IMG/VR virus record: IMGVR_UViG_3300045988_150584
Length of the DNA: 64,000 bases
Source of the DNA: a virus
Direction: 5' to 3' (one strand)
Of this stretch, positions 45,601 to 54,865 are shown one piece after another. The position numbers and the translations under genes were made by a program. Numbering within the stretch: the first letter of the stretch is position 1; each line of letters begins with the position of its first letter. The notes beneath the pieces were generated by a model. It searched no databases. It was not told where the DNA came from and saw only the letters and a list, made by a program, of their open reading frames with translations.

Positions 45601-48600
45601 GATAGACCAATTTCGTCGATAACATCTGCGACCTCGTTCATATCGTAGAAATCAATATCTCCCCACATGGAGAGGGCTTCCAGACATGCAAGAACCGCAT
45701 CTGTCGTAATACCCATCTTTTCGGCAATCGCGTCCAGATTATCCGGATCAATGTCGAAAACATAAGCACCATCAGAATCTTTACTGATATCCAGTAATTT
45801 TTCGCCCTGATCGTTGACTAACTGACCAGCCTGAGACATCTGATATAGCCGTTCAACAAAACCAGCACCAGCACTGTCAGCGTCCTCAAACACAATCTTG
45901 TTTTTCTCCATCGCGGAGTAGATTTCGTCAAGACCATCGCTCCATCCCCATGTAGATAGCTGATCGCTACCAAATAGGAATTCAGCCGCAGCCCAGAAAG
46001 CATTTGAGTTGGTCGTGCCTGCTTCAAACTGCTTATTCAGTTCCTCAAAGGCTTCTGCATAAGACTTAAAGTCGGTATCCTTTTCCTCGACAGACATGGC
46101 AGCATCGTACCGTGCTTTCGCCTCAGTTACGCTGTCAAATTTATCTACCATGCCATCAAGAGCATCATTGAGCTTCAACGCCTGCTCTGTAATAAGAGCA
46201 ACACCATCGCCACCCTCAGCCATAACCTGTAGGATATGTGCGAGGAATTGCGCATTCATACCGTCTTCATCAAGAACACCGGCAAGAATACCGCTTTCCT
46301 CAGCCAATTCCTTTACATTTTCGGCTGTGATACCATCAAGTGTTATTGAAAGAGTCATCAACTCTTCCTTAGCGTCAGCAAAGTTTTCAGAATTCCAAAG
46401 GCTCTTAATCGTGGTCTTGAGCTGTTCAGAATGTCTTCTTGCTACTTCCTGTTCGCTATTATACTTTTCGATTGCTACAGTGATATCATCCCAAGTCGTT
46501 GCGCCTTGGTTAATAACCGCATCATAAGCAACCTCAAATTCCTCATCTGATAGACCGCGTAGCTTTTCTTTGACTTCATCAGCCTCAGCAAGCCATGCGT
46601 CTAACTCATGGAAATGTGCAGATGTGCCAGACTCATACTGTTCGTAGTTTTTGGGAACTAACGCCTCAGCAATAGCCTGCATTTTCTCGTTGACTTGCTT
46701 AGCCTGACTTTCGCGCTGATTTAGCTCTTCAAGCAAACCAGCATAGTAATCATTCGTACCAAGCGTTTTATCAACAAGTTCCTCAGCAGAATATGTACCA
46801 TTCTCGTCGAAACTCAAATCGTTCTGAACCTGCTGGATCAGATCCTTGCGCATCTTTTCAAACTGGTCAAGGTCTTCTGGCTTTGCAAGCTTCTGAGCAG
46901 CAAGGAAAGCGTCTTCCGCAATCATCTGATTGTTTTTATCAATCTGATCAATTGCGTCGGACAACGCAGCGTCGTATTCGTTATAAGCATCCGCAAGAAC
47001 TTCAAATACCGGATTTTCACTTCCGAATTTGTCACGAACTGCGTTCATCGCATCTTGTAGATACTTATAATTCGCCGCTAAATCCTCAAATGTGACATCT
47101 TTTAAGCCACCATCTGAACTATATACGCTTGGAAGGAAGATTGTTCCGCCGCCCTTGCTACCACTATCATCAATACCAGTAAACCCAAGCTCTTTAAGAT
47201 ACGCCATAGCGTCTCCAGCTTCTTTACCAGTTGCAGAATAAAAACTATGACTATTGAAATATCCATCAAGCTCTTTTACAGCATCTTCTTTAACAACATT
47301 AGCAGCACGAACACCTTTTGAAATGTCGGTTTGTAACTGCGTTCTGGCCGCGTCGATAATGCTATCTCGCAAATCTGCATAGCTACCAGACAAATTATCA
47401 ACAGCAACACCCTGATCTTTCAGATAGGCAATTAGCTCGTCTTGAATAGCAATAAGATCTTCTTGTGAGCCAGTACCAGCCTCGACAGCATTACTCAGCT
47501 CAATATAAGAAGATGCGAGATCATACAACTTCTTTGCATCTTCCGAAGCAGTAGTACCCGCTTCGACAGCAGCCTGACGAGCCTCCTTAGCCTTGTTAAT
47601 TAGCTTTGAAATTCCAGAAACAATTGCCGAAATAGCAAGACCAATACCAAGACTAATCAGCATATTCAGAGCGGTCTTTAACACCTGTACGCCAACAGCG
47701 GCGTCTTTTGAAGCAACGCCCATTTCTGTTGTAGATGCAGATGCGTTTGTCATTGATGAACGATATGCGTCAGTGGAAATCGTAGCATCATCTGTTACAT
47801 GAACAGCCGTTTTCAGCGAACTACTTCCACGACCAATTGTATCGTTCCATACGATTTGACGTTGTGTCAAATCACTTGTTGATGTACCAAGACCTTGAAT
47901 CTTTGTTTTGTATTCATCAAGTAGACGAATATCATTTTCTAATTCAAGCTTTCCACTATTCCATGCAAATGAAATGCCAGTACCAGTACCAAGCCAATTC
48001 TTCGATGTGGTTGTTTTTAATAACTGAAGCTTATCAAAGAATGGGGTAATACCAGCAAGAATCGCAGGAAATGCACCAAGCGTTTCAATAAGTTTTGTGA
48101 GCCAACCAAGCAATCCAGTTCCAGCATCATATGCACCCTTAATCAAATCACTATTCAAAATAGTCTTTGCAAGAGCTTGATACTGAGCTTGGAATTTTTG
48201 CTGCTTCGCCTCAATGCTGTCCATCCACTTCTCATGCTCAGCGAGAGCAGAACCCTCCGCATTAACGGAAGCATTCATGGCACTAACAGCATCGTCCATA
48301 TTTTCGATAGCCGCCGCCAGAGCGTTACCCTGACGCTTACCAGCCAGCAATTCAAGCAATGCAGCCTGGTCGATATCGCTCATTTTCTCCCAGACCTTAC
48401 TAATTCCAAGAATAATTTCATATGTACTCTTGAAATTATCAGCATCAGCCATAATATCAAAACCACCAGAGCCATCAACATTGGTCAATCCCTTGATTTG
48501 CTTCTGAAGTTTTGCTGTGCTTTCCGCCATATATTCGGTTTCAAGACCGGCTTCTTCAAGCTCAGTCTTTGCACCACGAATACGCATGGCAACGGTTTTC

Positions 48601-50465
48601 CACATTGTACCGACAGCATCGGGATCTTGTACAACATTATTCGCCGCAACAATCAGAGCGATTGACTCATCAATTGTATTGTTTGCCGCAGCCATAGCGG
48701 AAGCGGAGCGCTGCAAAGCATCGCCGACACCTCCAGAAGAAATAGCGAACTCATTGCCAATTTTGTTGAATTTATCAACGATGGTCATTGCATCGCTGGC
48801 TTCAATACCAAACGCTTTCATTGTGGAAATGATAGAGCTGGTAGCCTCGTTCACATCGCTGATTTCGTTACCAACGACGCTATAAATTGTAGCAACTTCT
48901 GCAAGATCAGAAGCATCAGCCATCGAATAGCCAAGGCGAGCAAAATTAGCAGTTGCAGTTACATAGTCAGAATATGATGTACCAATATCAACTGCCTTTT
49001 GTGCCGCGTCAGAAAGGAAACGGTCATACGACTCATCAGTTTCGTCCGTAACCTTTTTCAGCTCAGTCATCGCTGTGTCCAAATCGACAACAGCATCATA
49101 AAGACCAGTAACACCCCGCATGATACCAGCGATAACACCGCCAAGTACCATCCAAGATCCCATTTTCGCAATATTGTTTTTCAGCTCTCCGAATAGAGAC
49201 TGACTATGTTTATCTGCGCTAATAAGTTCCTGCTCGAAAAGTCGAATTTTCGCATTTAGGTTTGTCAGTTCTTTTGAAGAACTAACCATCTGAGACTCAT
49301 CAAAAAGCTGCTGCCATTTTGACATCAAGCTTGGATCAGAAACAAATGCACTATATGTCTGCTTTAGATTCTGAATTCTAAGCTGCGCTGTTTGAATGTT
49401 GGAATTGAGCTTTTCTGCATCCAACAACTTCCCAGAGGCAGTATTATCAAGCTTTATCTGCTTAAACTGCTGTTCGAGTAGCGCAAGCTTATGACGATAT
49501 GCGTCAAGATCGTTCGGATTCAACGCATTATCTAATGCGGTCTTTGCCTCTTCTACGCTTGCCTTAAAATCACCACCGAAAATACCAGCGTTTTGCCACT
49601 TCTTGATTTGTGTTTCAAGACTTGCCTGCAACTCAGCTTTTTGATTTGCAAAAGTATTTGCTTTCAAATCCGTTGCAGCATACGCAGAAGTTTGAAGTTC
49701 CTTTGCATAGCGCTGAAGATCAGCAACCATAGAGTCAATTTCTCTCTTATGTTCAGAAGAGAGAGTGGTGTTTGATTGCTTGATCTCTTCAATACGAGCC
49801 TTTACAGCATTCAGTTTTTCTTTGTACTGATTAAACTGCTCCATATCGCCAAGCAACGGCTTTGATGTGTTTGTCAATGTCTTGCTTGTAATATCGGCAA
49901 TTTTCGTATTGATTCTGTTTAGATAGTTAAGCGTCTGCTCCAAATTAGAGCCGGCGTTTTTATCTGTCAAAATAGAGTTGCTTTGGACGAATCCTTTTAT
50001 GGATTGAGCGCCATCTTTGATTTTTGCAAGATTAAAATTAAACTTCTCTACAACACCATCAGCCTTAGTAACACTGGCTGTAAAGCTTTGGATGTTTCCC
50101 TTAGAATCCTTAAAGACATTCGTAATATCCGTCTTGCCAAGCTTACTGAATTCAGCCTGCGCCCGACTGACGATATCCTTAACCGATGTAAAGTAACGCT
50201 GCCCATCAGCCTTTAATTGCGTTGCATCAAAAACCTGCAATGGCTTATATGTGCCAGTATGGTTTGCACCACCGACCTGCTTGGCGATTGTTTGTAGCTG
50301 ACTCTGCACCGTTTTAACGGAGTCTTCATCAAAACCAACCTTCAGCTTTACAGTGTGCGATTCACTCAGAGACTTAGCAATGCTTGCAAGCTTAGAATCA
50401 AGTGAAGACTGGCTGTTCTCGTCAATCACGGCTTTTAATAGAATTTGCAGATCATCCACGCACAA
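42642..50465 (-). CDS. tape measure protein (2607 aa)
   Basis: GTG after GAGGTGA. Coiled-coil rich, with a TMP core-like segment FGIEASDAMTIVDKFNKIGNEFAISSGGVGDALQRSASAMAAANNT and hydrophobic segments. Directly upstream of the Tal gene. Confidence 0.85.
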   Translation of the reverse strand: MCVDDLQILLKAVIDENSQSSLDSKLASIAKSLSESHTVKLKVGFDEDSVKTVQSQLQTIAKQVGGANHTGTYKPLQVFDATQLKADGQRYFTSVKDIVSRAQAEFSKLGKTDITNVFKDSKGNIQSFTASVTKADGVVEKFNFNLAKIKDGAQSIKGFVQSNSILTDKNAGSNLEQTLNYLNRINTKIADITSKTLTNTSKPLLGDMEQFNQYKEKLNAVKARIEEIKQSNTTLSSEHKREIDSMVADLQRYAKELQTSAYAATDLKANTFANQKAELQASLETQIKKWQNAGIFGGDFKASVEEAKTALDNALNPNDLDAYRHKLALLEQQFKQIKLDNTASGKLLDAEKLNSNIQTAQLRIQNLKQTYSAFVSDPSLMSKWQQLFDESQMVSSSKELTNLNAKIRLFEQELISADKHSQSLFGELKNNIAKMGSWMVLGGVIAGIMRGVTGLYDAVVDLDTAMTELKKVTDETDESYDRFLSDAAQKAVDIGTSYSDYVTATANFARLGYSMADASDLAEVATIYSVVGNEISDVNEATSSIISTMKAFGIEASDAMTIVDKFNKIGNEFAISSGGVGDALQRSASAMAAANNTIDESIALIVAANNVVQDPDAVGTMWKTVAMRIRGAKTELEEAGLETEYMAESTAKLQKQIKGLTNVDGSGGFDIMADADNFKSTYEIILGISKVWEKMSDIDQAALLELLAGKRQGNALAAAIENMDDAVSAMNASVNAEGSALAEHEKWMDSIEAKQQKFQAQYQALAKTILNSDLIKGAYDAGTGLLGWLTKLIETLGAFPAILAGITPFFDKLQLLKTTTSKNWLGTGTGISFAWNSGKLELENDIRLLDEYKTKIQGLGTSTSDLTQRQIVWNDTIGRGSSSLKTAVHVTDDATISTDAYRSSMTNASASTTEMGVASKDAAVGVQVLKTALNMLISLGIGLAISAIVSGISKLINKAKEARQAAVEAGTTASEDAKKLYDLASSYIELSNAVEAGTGSQEDLIAIQDELIAYLKDQGVAVDNLSGSYADLRDSIIDAARTQLQTDISKGVRAANVVKEDAVKELDGYFNSHSFYSATGKEAGDAMAYLKELGFTGIDDSGSKGGGTIFLPSVYSSDGGLKDVTFEDLAANYKYLQDAMNAVRDKFGSENPVFEVLADAYNEYDAALSDAIDQIDKNNQMIAEDAFLAAQKLAKPEDLDQFEKMRKDLIQQVQNDLSFDENGTYSAEELVDKTLGTNDYYAGLLEELNQRESQAKQVNEKMQAIAEALVPKNYEQYESGTSAHFHELDAWLAEADEVKEKLRGLSDEEFEVAYDAVINQGATTWDDITVAIEKYNSEQEVARRHSEQLKTTIKSLWNSENFADAKEELMTLSITLDGITAENVKELAEESGILAGVLDEDGMNAQFLAHILQVMAEGGDGVALITEQALKLNDALDGMVDKFDSVTEAKARYDAAMSVEEKDTDFKSYAEAFEELNKQFEAGTTNSNAFWAAAEFLFGSDQLSTWGWSDGLDEIYSAMEKNKIVFEDADSAGAGFVERLYQMSQAGQLVNDQGEKLLDISKDSDGAYVFDIDPDNLDAIAEKMGITTDAVLACLEALSMWGDIDFYDMNEVADVIDEIGLSAENAGKKAINVSALTDQLITLGKTDKEIYDILTGLQDLDGVVLLDAEGSIDGLTNSLTNLGLAASDGITVNVDAEALAPLLSELNFTKEQAENLITKLGEADGISLTNSQGEIKDTTDALEYLNGLDFATVTSNVDGVAQAVEDVDDETTDNVVDQFNNIETAASDAETAVKRVQTAVQHLDGQTATVTIDTKRKSGILGSIFGYASGTGAAPAGDALVGEEGAELIQSGDKAYLAGVNGAEVVNLKQGDRVYTADETKRIVHGSGKQLKGVIPAYAKGRVQTGGLHVETGKTGSSGTPITFNATVEATIDDKTLEEQLKDKLDDLEDQLSDIIGNFEHSIFLLEKNDGTPEQIIAIYRKMQETVHAQAEKYRALGLDDTSDYIQDLQKKWWDYQDTIEDMLHDIYQTAVDNHNNMLSLLENQYDMLDNNQTKDAMLDNLYKQLEEQKKIQEEAHKEERRLRDLGLDENDEAIQDCIDAWWGAYNDIQDINSKIADNVLDTFDDFIDYADDFDLWGDFNFTKVDYLKQKLKEINRLFEEGVLTLKEYNSLMRETGVEIYNEQKDALTKIIEMTMELVRQEAEDQVDALEAQIDAFRKIIDLKKESLSATKDEEDYQRTVAEKVAEIAEKQAKLAQLDRDTSASANAEKQKLAQELAQLQQELADYQADYAYNSQVDALDKEADTFEDTKNDEISYVKSTVDTEEKVYNAAIARINSNWEQLYTDLIEWNKQYGDMIDGEDSITSAWRTAKAAAQEYGDVVSALNGINSEISYAGKNADDKQTQIDRILSKMQTNSKGWHTAKTQEEKNRLVKENEDLAEQLSALLGRKVVKVNGVWYLDSANGPRLFHTGLDEGYVGGRAAGADEVLSVLKDGELVMTKDQYMRIFNSLKYGITGVLDSLIGNLTSTSPAVSEVVKSITNDNSNTDNSSTDDRVTIQNYFQMQNVTEENMKGFAEYYADFTIGKLISANRRKGIRNKVANSMLRG

Positions 50466-50524
50466 TCACCTCACTTATAAGTTGTTTAGCTAATTTCTTA
50501 TATAAAGAAAAGAAAGACACCAGA

Positions 50525-51010
50525 TTATCGAACCGTGATGCCTTTCTTCATAAGTCCTCGTTTCAATGCCTGCGTACATTTACCAGAAGCTTGTAATCTC
50601 TCAACCGTTGTTTCTGTAAATGGGCGGGCTTTCGGTCTGCTCCAATAGTCATAGCCAGGATCGCCAGATCCACCACGACCATGCTCAATCAAATACGGGA
50701 GATCCTTGTTTACCGTAGCTCTGTCTCCGTTTCGACCGTTCAAATATGGGTTTGGATCGGTAATATTGATAACCGATAAAATGCCGTTTTGCGCAGTATT
50801 GCCTTTAATCACAATGTTATATGGATCTCCGATACCACCAAAATCATATCTGCGTTGGTAATACCCAGATGTATCCATGCTATAAACGATGTCTTTAATT
50901 GCTTCGACTTCTTCATCACGAATAACAGGGAATACATCGTTGGTTAAAGACTCATCGACAGCTTTTTTCAAATATGCCATCAGATCAGCCGTATTTTTGA
51001 ACTGCGGCAT
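50525..51010 (-). CDS. hypothetical tail-module protein
   Basis: ATG 6 nt after GGAGG. The longer ORF-track N-terminus would run through a terminator hairpin. Confidence 0.55.
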   Translation of the reverse strand: MPQFKNTADLMAYLKKAVDESLTNDVFPVIRDEEVEAIKDIVYSMDTSGYYQRRYDFGGIGDPYNIVIKGNTAQNGILSVINITDPNPYLNGRNGDRATVNKDLPYLIEHGRGGSGDPGYDYWSRPKARPFTETTVERLQASGKCTQALKRGLMKKGITVR

Positions 51011-51020
51011 ATCATTCCTC

Positions 51021-51053
51021 CAGAATAAGAAAAGCGCCGGCATATGCCGGCGC
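51021..51053 (-). terminator. rho-independent terminator of the membrane-protein moron
   Basis: Perfect 20-bp palindrome GCGCCGGCATATGCCGGCGC. The - strand reading is followed by TTTTCTTATTCT. Confidence 0.8.
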
Positions 51054-51069
51054 AATACTCATGAATCAA

Positions 51070-51639
51070 TTATTTGTCATTTTCTTTTGAATCGCTTATC
51101 TTGTTTTGCTTCTCTTCACACATCGTAGTTACGCTGTCAGCATCAAGCATTAAGAACATCATAAAGCTAAATAGCCCAACTACAACAAAGAGTAAAATAA
51201 GTGCAGCGCAAGTCACAATAGTCATAGTTGTTGTATAGTTCTCCAACAGTAGCACAACTGAAAATCCAACATAACATACAACTGTTGCATAGACTGCAAT
51301 TCTTTGAAGACGCTTAAATCTGCTACGAATCTGACTGGCTTCTGGCAAATGTTTTAACCACCGTCTAACAAAATACAACGCAGCAATCAACACAACAAAA
51401 CTTACAACTGCCAATATCGGTGTGGCTATAAAACAGGCAGACGCAGCGACAACGGGAAGCACTATCAAAACCAAAACAAACCAATTGATATTACTATCAA
51501 CAAGCCTTGCAGTAAGAAGCATCGCAGGCAATGCCACAAACGCCGAAAACGGGAGGCATAGCAACCCAACAATAACAACAAGAGCTGCTCCGTCACTGGT
51601 TGATGCACTCAGCATAAACGGTCTTGGTCTTCTTCTCAT
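51070..51639 (-). CDS. polytopic membrane protein (moron; candidate superinfection-exclusion/lysogenic-conversion factor)
   Basis: ATG 7 nt after AGGAGG. About 5-6 hydrophobic helices. Has its own promoter and terminator. Confidence 0.6.
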   Translation of the reverse strand: MRRRPRPFMLSASTSDGAALVVIVGLLCLPFSAFVALPAMLLTARLVDSNINWFVLVLIVLPVVAASACFIATPILAVVSFVVLIAALYFVRRWLKHLPEASQIRSRFKRLQRIAVYATVVCYVGFSVVLLLENYTTTMTIVTCAALILLFVVVGLFSFMMFLMLDADSVTTMCEEKQNKISDSKENDK

Positions 51640-51673
51640 AGGCACACCTCCTAATCAACACAACTATGCTTGT

Positions 51674-51702
51674 ATTATAGGAAAATCGCCCGCTGAAGTC
51701 AA
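51674..51702 (-). promoter_or_regulatory. near-consensus sigma-A promoter
   Basis: - strand: TTGACT (51702-51697), 17-bp spacer, TATAAT (51679-51674), about 35 nt upstream of the membrane-protein start. Confidence 0.7.
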
Positions 51703-51727
51703 CCAATACACATAGCTTTAATTGCTA

Positions 51728-52342
51728 TTAGTTGTTTTCTTTCGCATTCTCCACGAAAGCTTTCGCAAGCTCTTCAGTAGAGATCTGCGTGTCAGAAAGC
51801 TTGCTCATACTCGAAATGAAACCAGCCATTTGCTCGCCGCTGATATTGCCAAACACACTATCCATCTGTTCTGCGAAACGAGAAATCTCACCAACCAATG
51901 TGTTGACACGCTGTTCCTGCACAGACAACATTTTCTGAGTCTCAAAATTAACCCTATCACGAACACCAGCTAAAAGCATCTGATATTGCGCATTGTCAAT
52001 GCAACCGATAATATCACCAATAATACCGTTTGCGCCCAACACCAATTCATACGCCTTACTCTCATCGCTCGGCATCGTAAAATTCGCATAGTAAACGAGA
52101 ATGTTCTTTCCAATGATATAGCTCTGTGCGAGCGGCACAATCATACCATCATTCGGCATAACAGCTTCTTTTACAACATCCTCAATAAAACGCATAGACT
52201 CTTCCAATGTAAGGCGGAATTTTACCTCATATGTAATAGTCTCATCGCCAATAGAAAATGTACGCTGCATAATATCAGGAGTTGTCTCCTTACAAAAACG
52301 CTCAAGCGCGTTAATTGAAACACGATTAGTCTTCTTTGCCAT
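51728..52342 (-). CDS. hypothetical tail-module protein (possible tail assembly chaperone)
   Basis: GAGAGGGTG SD. 204 aa, acidic, lying between the major tail and tape measure genes. Confidence 0.4.
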   Translation of the reverse strand: MAKKTNRVSINALERFCKETTPDIMQRTFSIGDETITYEVKFRLTLEESMRFIEDVVKEAVMPNDGMIVPLAQSYIIGKNILVYYANFTMPSDESKAYELVLGANGIIGDIIGCIDNAQYQMLLAGVRDRVNFETQKMLSVQEQRVNTLVGEISRFAEQMDSVFGNISGEQMAGFISSMSKLSDTQISTEELAKAFVENAKENN

Positions 52343-52362
52343 TTATAGCACCCTCTCTAAGA

Positions 52363-52923
52363 TTATTTTTCATGTTTCTCAATTTTGATTTGGTCATCCT
52401 GATTTAACCGAATATCGTAGTTGTTAATTACAAAATGCCCAATCATAATTGCATCGGCCAGATTATCATTGTCCGTGTCAATTCCGTACATTTCTTTCGC
52501 TGCTTGAATGGAAAGAATTTTTGATTCTTTCTTTCCAGACGCTTCCAAGGCTTTAATTTTATCTTTGATTTCCTTACTGCTCCGTCCTCTTGCTTTACAG
52601 TAGTTTTGCCACTGAGTTGGAGCAATGAAATCGTACAAGTATTCATTCTTCTCAAAGAGATTTATGAGGACTCCTTGAAGTTGCGCAAGCTTTTTGAAAG
52701 ACTGTACATTTACACGAAGCTGAATGTCTTCGATAAATACAGCCGAAATGTTATAGGTCTTGATAATCGTATCGACCAAACTCTCAATAGCAAGAATCGC
52801 TCTTGCGTATGTATAATCCTTATTTCCAAAAGAAAAAGTCCCGTATGTTTCGAGCTTTTTCGTTTCATAGTCAAAAACAGCCCAAGCACCGTTTCTGGCC
52901 TGGTCTATGGATAAAATTTTCAT
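52363..52923 (-). CDS. RuvC-like Holliday junction resolvase
   Basis: MKILSIDQ (catalytic Asp), VFIEDIQ (Glu) and NLADAIMIGH, as in the phage RuvC fold. Confidence 0.65.
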   Translation of the reverse strand: MKILSIDQARNGAWAVFDYETKKLETYGTFSFGNKDYTYARAILAIESLVDTIIKTYNISAVFIEDIQLRVNVQSFKKLAQLQGVLINLFEKNEYLYDFIAPTQWQNYCKARGRSSKEIKDKIKALEASGKKESKILSIQAAKEMYGIDTDNDNLADAIMIGHFVINNYDIRLNQDDQIKIEKHEK

Positions 52924-52937
52924 ATCATCACCCTTCG

Positions 52938-52971
52938 CAAAACAAAAGAAAGGGAGAGGTTATTCCTCTCC
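52938..52971 (-). terminator. hairpin terminator overlapping the last codons of the 85-aa gene
   Basis: ggagagg-ttatt-cctctcc. The - strand reading is followed by CTTTCTTTTGTTTTG. Confidence 0.55.
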
Positions 52972-53217
52972 ACTTTCAATATCCTGCGTGGGATCATCTA
53001 CCTCATGTTTTGGTGATCGTACTGCGGAGAGACGCACACGCCCATTCTTGATTTCATAATAAATTTCCTCGCCAATACACTTGGAAATATCACAGTATTT
53101 CGGAATGCAGATTTGCACTTCTCGCGTTGTTTCTCCATCTTCAACGAGTGCTACAACCACATCCAGATCACCAGCACAAGGCAATACGTCGCATACAAAA
53201 ATCTTGTTCTTACTCAT
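52960..53217 (-). CDS. hypothetical protein
   Basis: AAGGTGA SD. 85 aa. Confidence 0.55.
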   Translation of the reverse strand: MSKNKIFVCDVLPCAGDLDVVVALVEDGETTREVQICIPKYCDISKCIGEEIYYEIKNGRVRLSAVRSPKHEVDDPTQDIESGEE

Positions 53218-53239
53218 ATTTTCACCTTGCCTGTTGATA

Positions 53240-53268
53240 GAAGAACGGGAGGGCGATTTGCCCTCCCG
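53240..53268 (-). terminator. terminator after the major tail gene
   Basis: cgggagggc-gattt-gccctcccg. The - strand reading is followed by TTCTTCTATC. Confidence 0.6.
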
Positions 53269-53282
53269 AAGTGATTAACACC

Positions 53283-54077
53283 TTAATACTTCACCATCTG
53301 AATCATCGCGCCAGTATCGGTGTCACGCATGACCTCGCACTCGAATGTAGTGGTAGAAGGATCGCCCTCAGCAGCAAAACCAAGCTCCAAATTAGAAGTG
53401 AACTTCAGATTCGGAATAGTAACCTGGAAAGCCTCATCCTTACCAGTCTTCTGATTACGAAGTACGGTATCACCAACCAGCTTGTATGTACCGCTGAAGT
53501 GTTCAGCGTCAATTACATAGGTCTCAGCAGTAGCTTCACTATCGTAGTCATAGTAAACCACAACACGCTGATTCTTAGCCGCTTCAATGGTAAGAGTCTT
53601 GTTCTCCGTATCAAGAGTTGCACCGGTCATATCGAATAGAGCATCCTCTTCGCAATCGGAGTCGAACGGATAAACCAAGATCTTGCTCACATCGGTATTC
53701 GGAGCAAACGCCAGAGCAATCTTACCGGTAGCATCAGCCTTCAAAGGATACATCTTACCCTTATTCTCGCCGTTTTCGTACTCGGTTGTCTGTCTCATGC
53801 GAATGGTCTGGACACCGACCTTACGAGCGATACCGGACACAAGCTCCATAGACTTCGGAGAAATCAAAGCGTCCTCGATAGTCAAGGTTGCTTCCTTATT
53901 GATCTCCCATGTAATCAGCTTCGGATTGCCCTTACCGCCTCGTGCGTAAACCTTTTCTGAGGTTACGCTAATGCTGGAAGTCTTTAGACTATCAAACTGA
54001 ATAACCGGCTTATCTGTCTCCATGTCATAAAGAACAACGTCCATGACTTCCTTCGCGCCAAATTTTGCGTTAGACAT
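53283..54077 (-). CDS. major tail protein
   Basis: AGGAGG 8 nt upstream. 264 aa, bracketed by terminators (typical of highly expressed genes). Positioned between the head-tail genes and the tape measure. Confidence 0.6.
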   Translation of the reverse strand: MSNAKFGAKEVMDVVLYDMETDKPVIQFDSLKTSSISVTSEKVYARGGKGNPKLITWEINKEATLTIEDALISPKSMELVSGIARKVGVQTIRMRQTTEYENGENKGKMYPLKADATGKIALAFAPNTDVSKILVYPFDSDCEEDALFDMTGATLDTENKTLTIEAAKNQRVVVYYDYDSEATAETYVIDAEHFSGTYKLVGDTVLRNQKTGKDEAFQVTIPNLKFTSNLELGFAAEGDPSTTTFECEVMRDTDTGAMIQMVKY

Positions 54078-54091
54078 GTATGTACCTCCTT

Positions 54092-54125
54092 AAAAAAAAT
54101 AAACAGCCTGGAATAATCCAGACTG
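54092..54125 (-). terminator. rho-independent terminator upstream of the major tail gene
   Basis: - strand: CAGUCUGGA UUAU UCCAGGCUG followed by UUUAUUUUUUUU. Confidence 0.75.
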
Positions 54126-54130
54126 CCGTA

Positions 54131-54862
54131 TTACTCAGGATCGTGTTTAATTTTTGTGATCCAGTGAGTCAAATTAACATTTTCTTTCTTAGCACCATGT
54201 AGTAGTGCCTGAACATTGACTTCATAATCGTCCATAATTTTTAGACGATTGAATTGATCGTTAAACTGGTAGATGTCATATTTCATTACATCCGCCATCG
54301 TCAAGCCAAATCCACTCGCTAAAATACTGACCAAATCAGCAAGCGTAATCGCAGACTCTTCATCGACCTCTTTCAAGCGCTTTCGCTTTAACCGTTCTTC
54401 TTTTCTACGCTGTAATACGCGGCGAGCAGCTTCGTTATCTGGGTTTTCTTCCTCTTCTTCAATGTCTTGCAAGCCATTACGAAGTCTGATAACGGCTTGT
54501 ACCTCATCAAAGTTTTCTTGTGTGATGTTGAATGCGCCACAAGTAAAGCATAGATTACGGGAAGAAAACTTCATTCTGCTATGCGTGATAATAGAAAGCC
54601 AAAACAAAATCGTGTTCATAAGCCCTTGATCTCGCATTGCGTTTGCAACCAGATATTTGAAAACGCCAATATCAGAAATATCGTTTCCGGTCATTGCGCT
54701 GATATCACTTTCGCTCAAACAGAGCAAACGAACCTCGGCGTTAAATCTCATATATCCAATCTTGGCAATTTCGCTGATTGGAATAGGGTAGATAGGTACT
54801 CCGCCAACAAAAATCGGATCATCCGAACAGAGCTGCAAATTCAAGTCTCTTTTATCCACCAT
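54131..54862 (-). CDS. hypothetical head-tail module protein
   Basis: 243 aa with a charged EEEENPDNEAARRVLQRRKEERLKRKRLKE segment. Confidence 0.55.
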   Translation of the reverse strand: MVDKRDLNLQLCSDDPIFVGGVPIYPIPISEIAKIGYMRFNAEVRLLCLSESDISAMTGNDISDIGVFKYLVANAMRDQGLMNTILFWLSIITHSRMKFSSRNLCFTCGAFNITQENFDEVQAVIRLRNGLQDIEEEEENPDNEAARRVLQRRKEERLKRKRLKEVDEESAITLADLVSILASGFGLTMADVMKYDIYQFNDQFNRLKIMDDYEVNVQALLHGAKKENVNLTHWITKIKHDPE

Positions 54863-54865
54863 GTA

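Noticed and set aside
50525-52342. Canonical gpG/gpGT -1 frameshift chaperone pair between the major tail gene and the tape measure
   Set aside because: I found no overlapping -1 frame ORF continuing from the 204-aa candidate. The downstream sequence is instead the moron promoter. A shift elsewhere cannot be excluded without a slippery-site scan.
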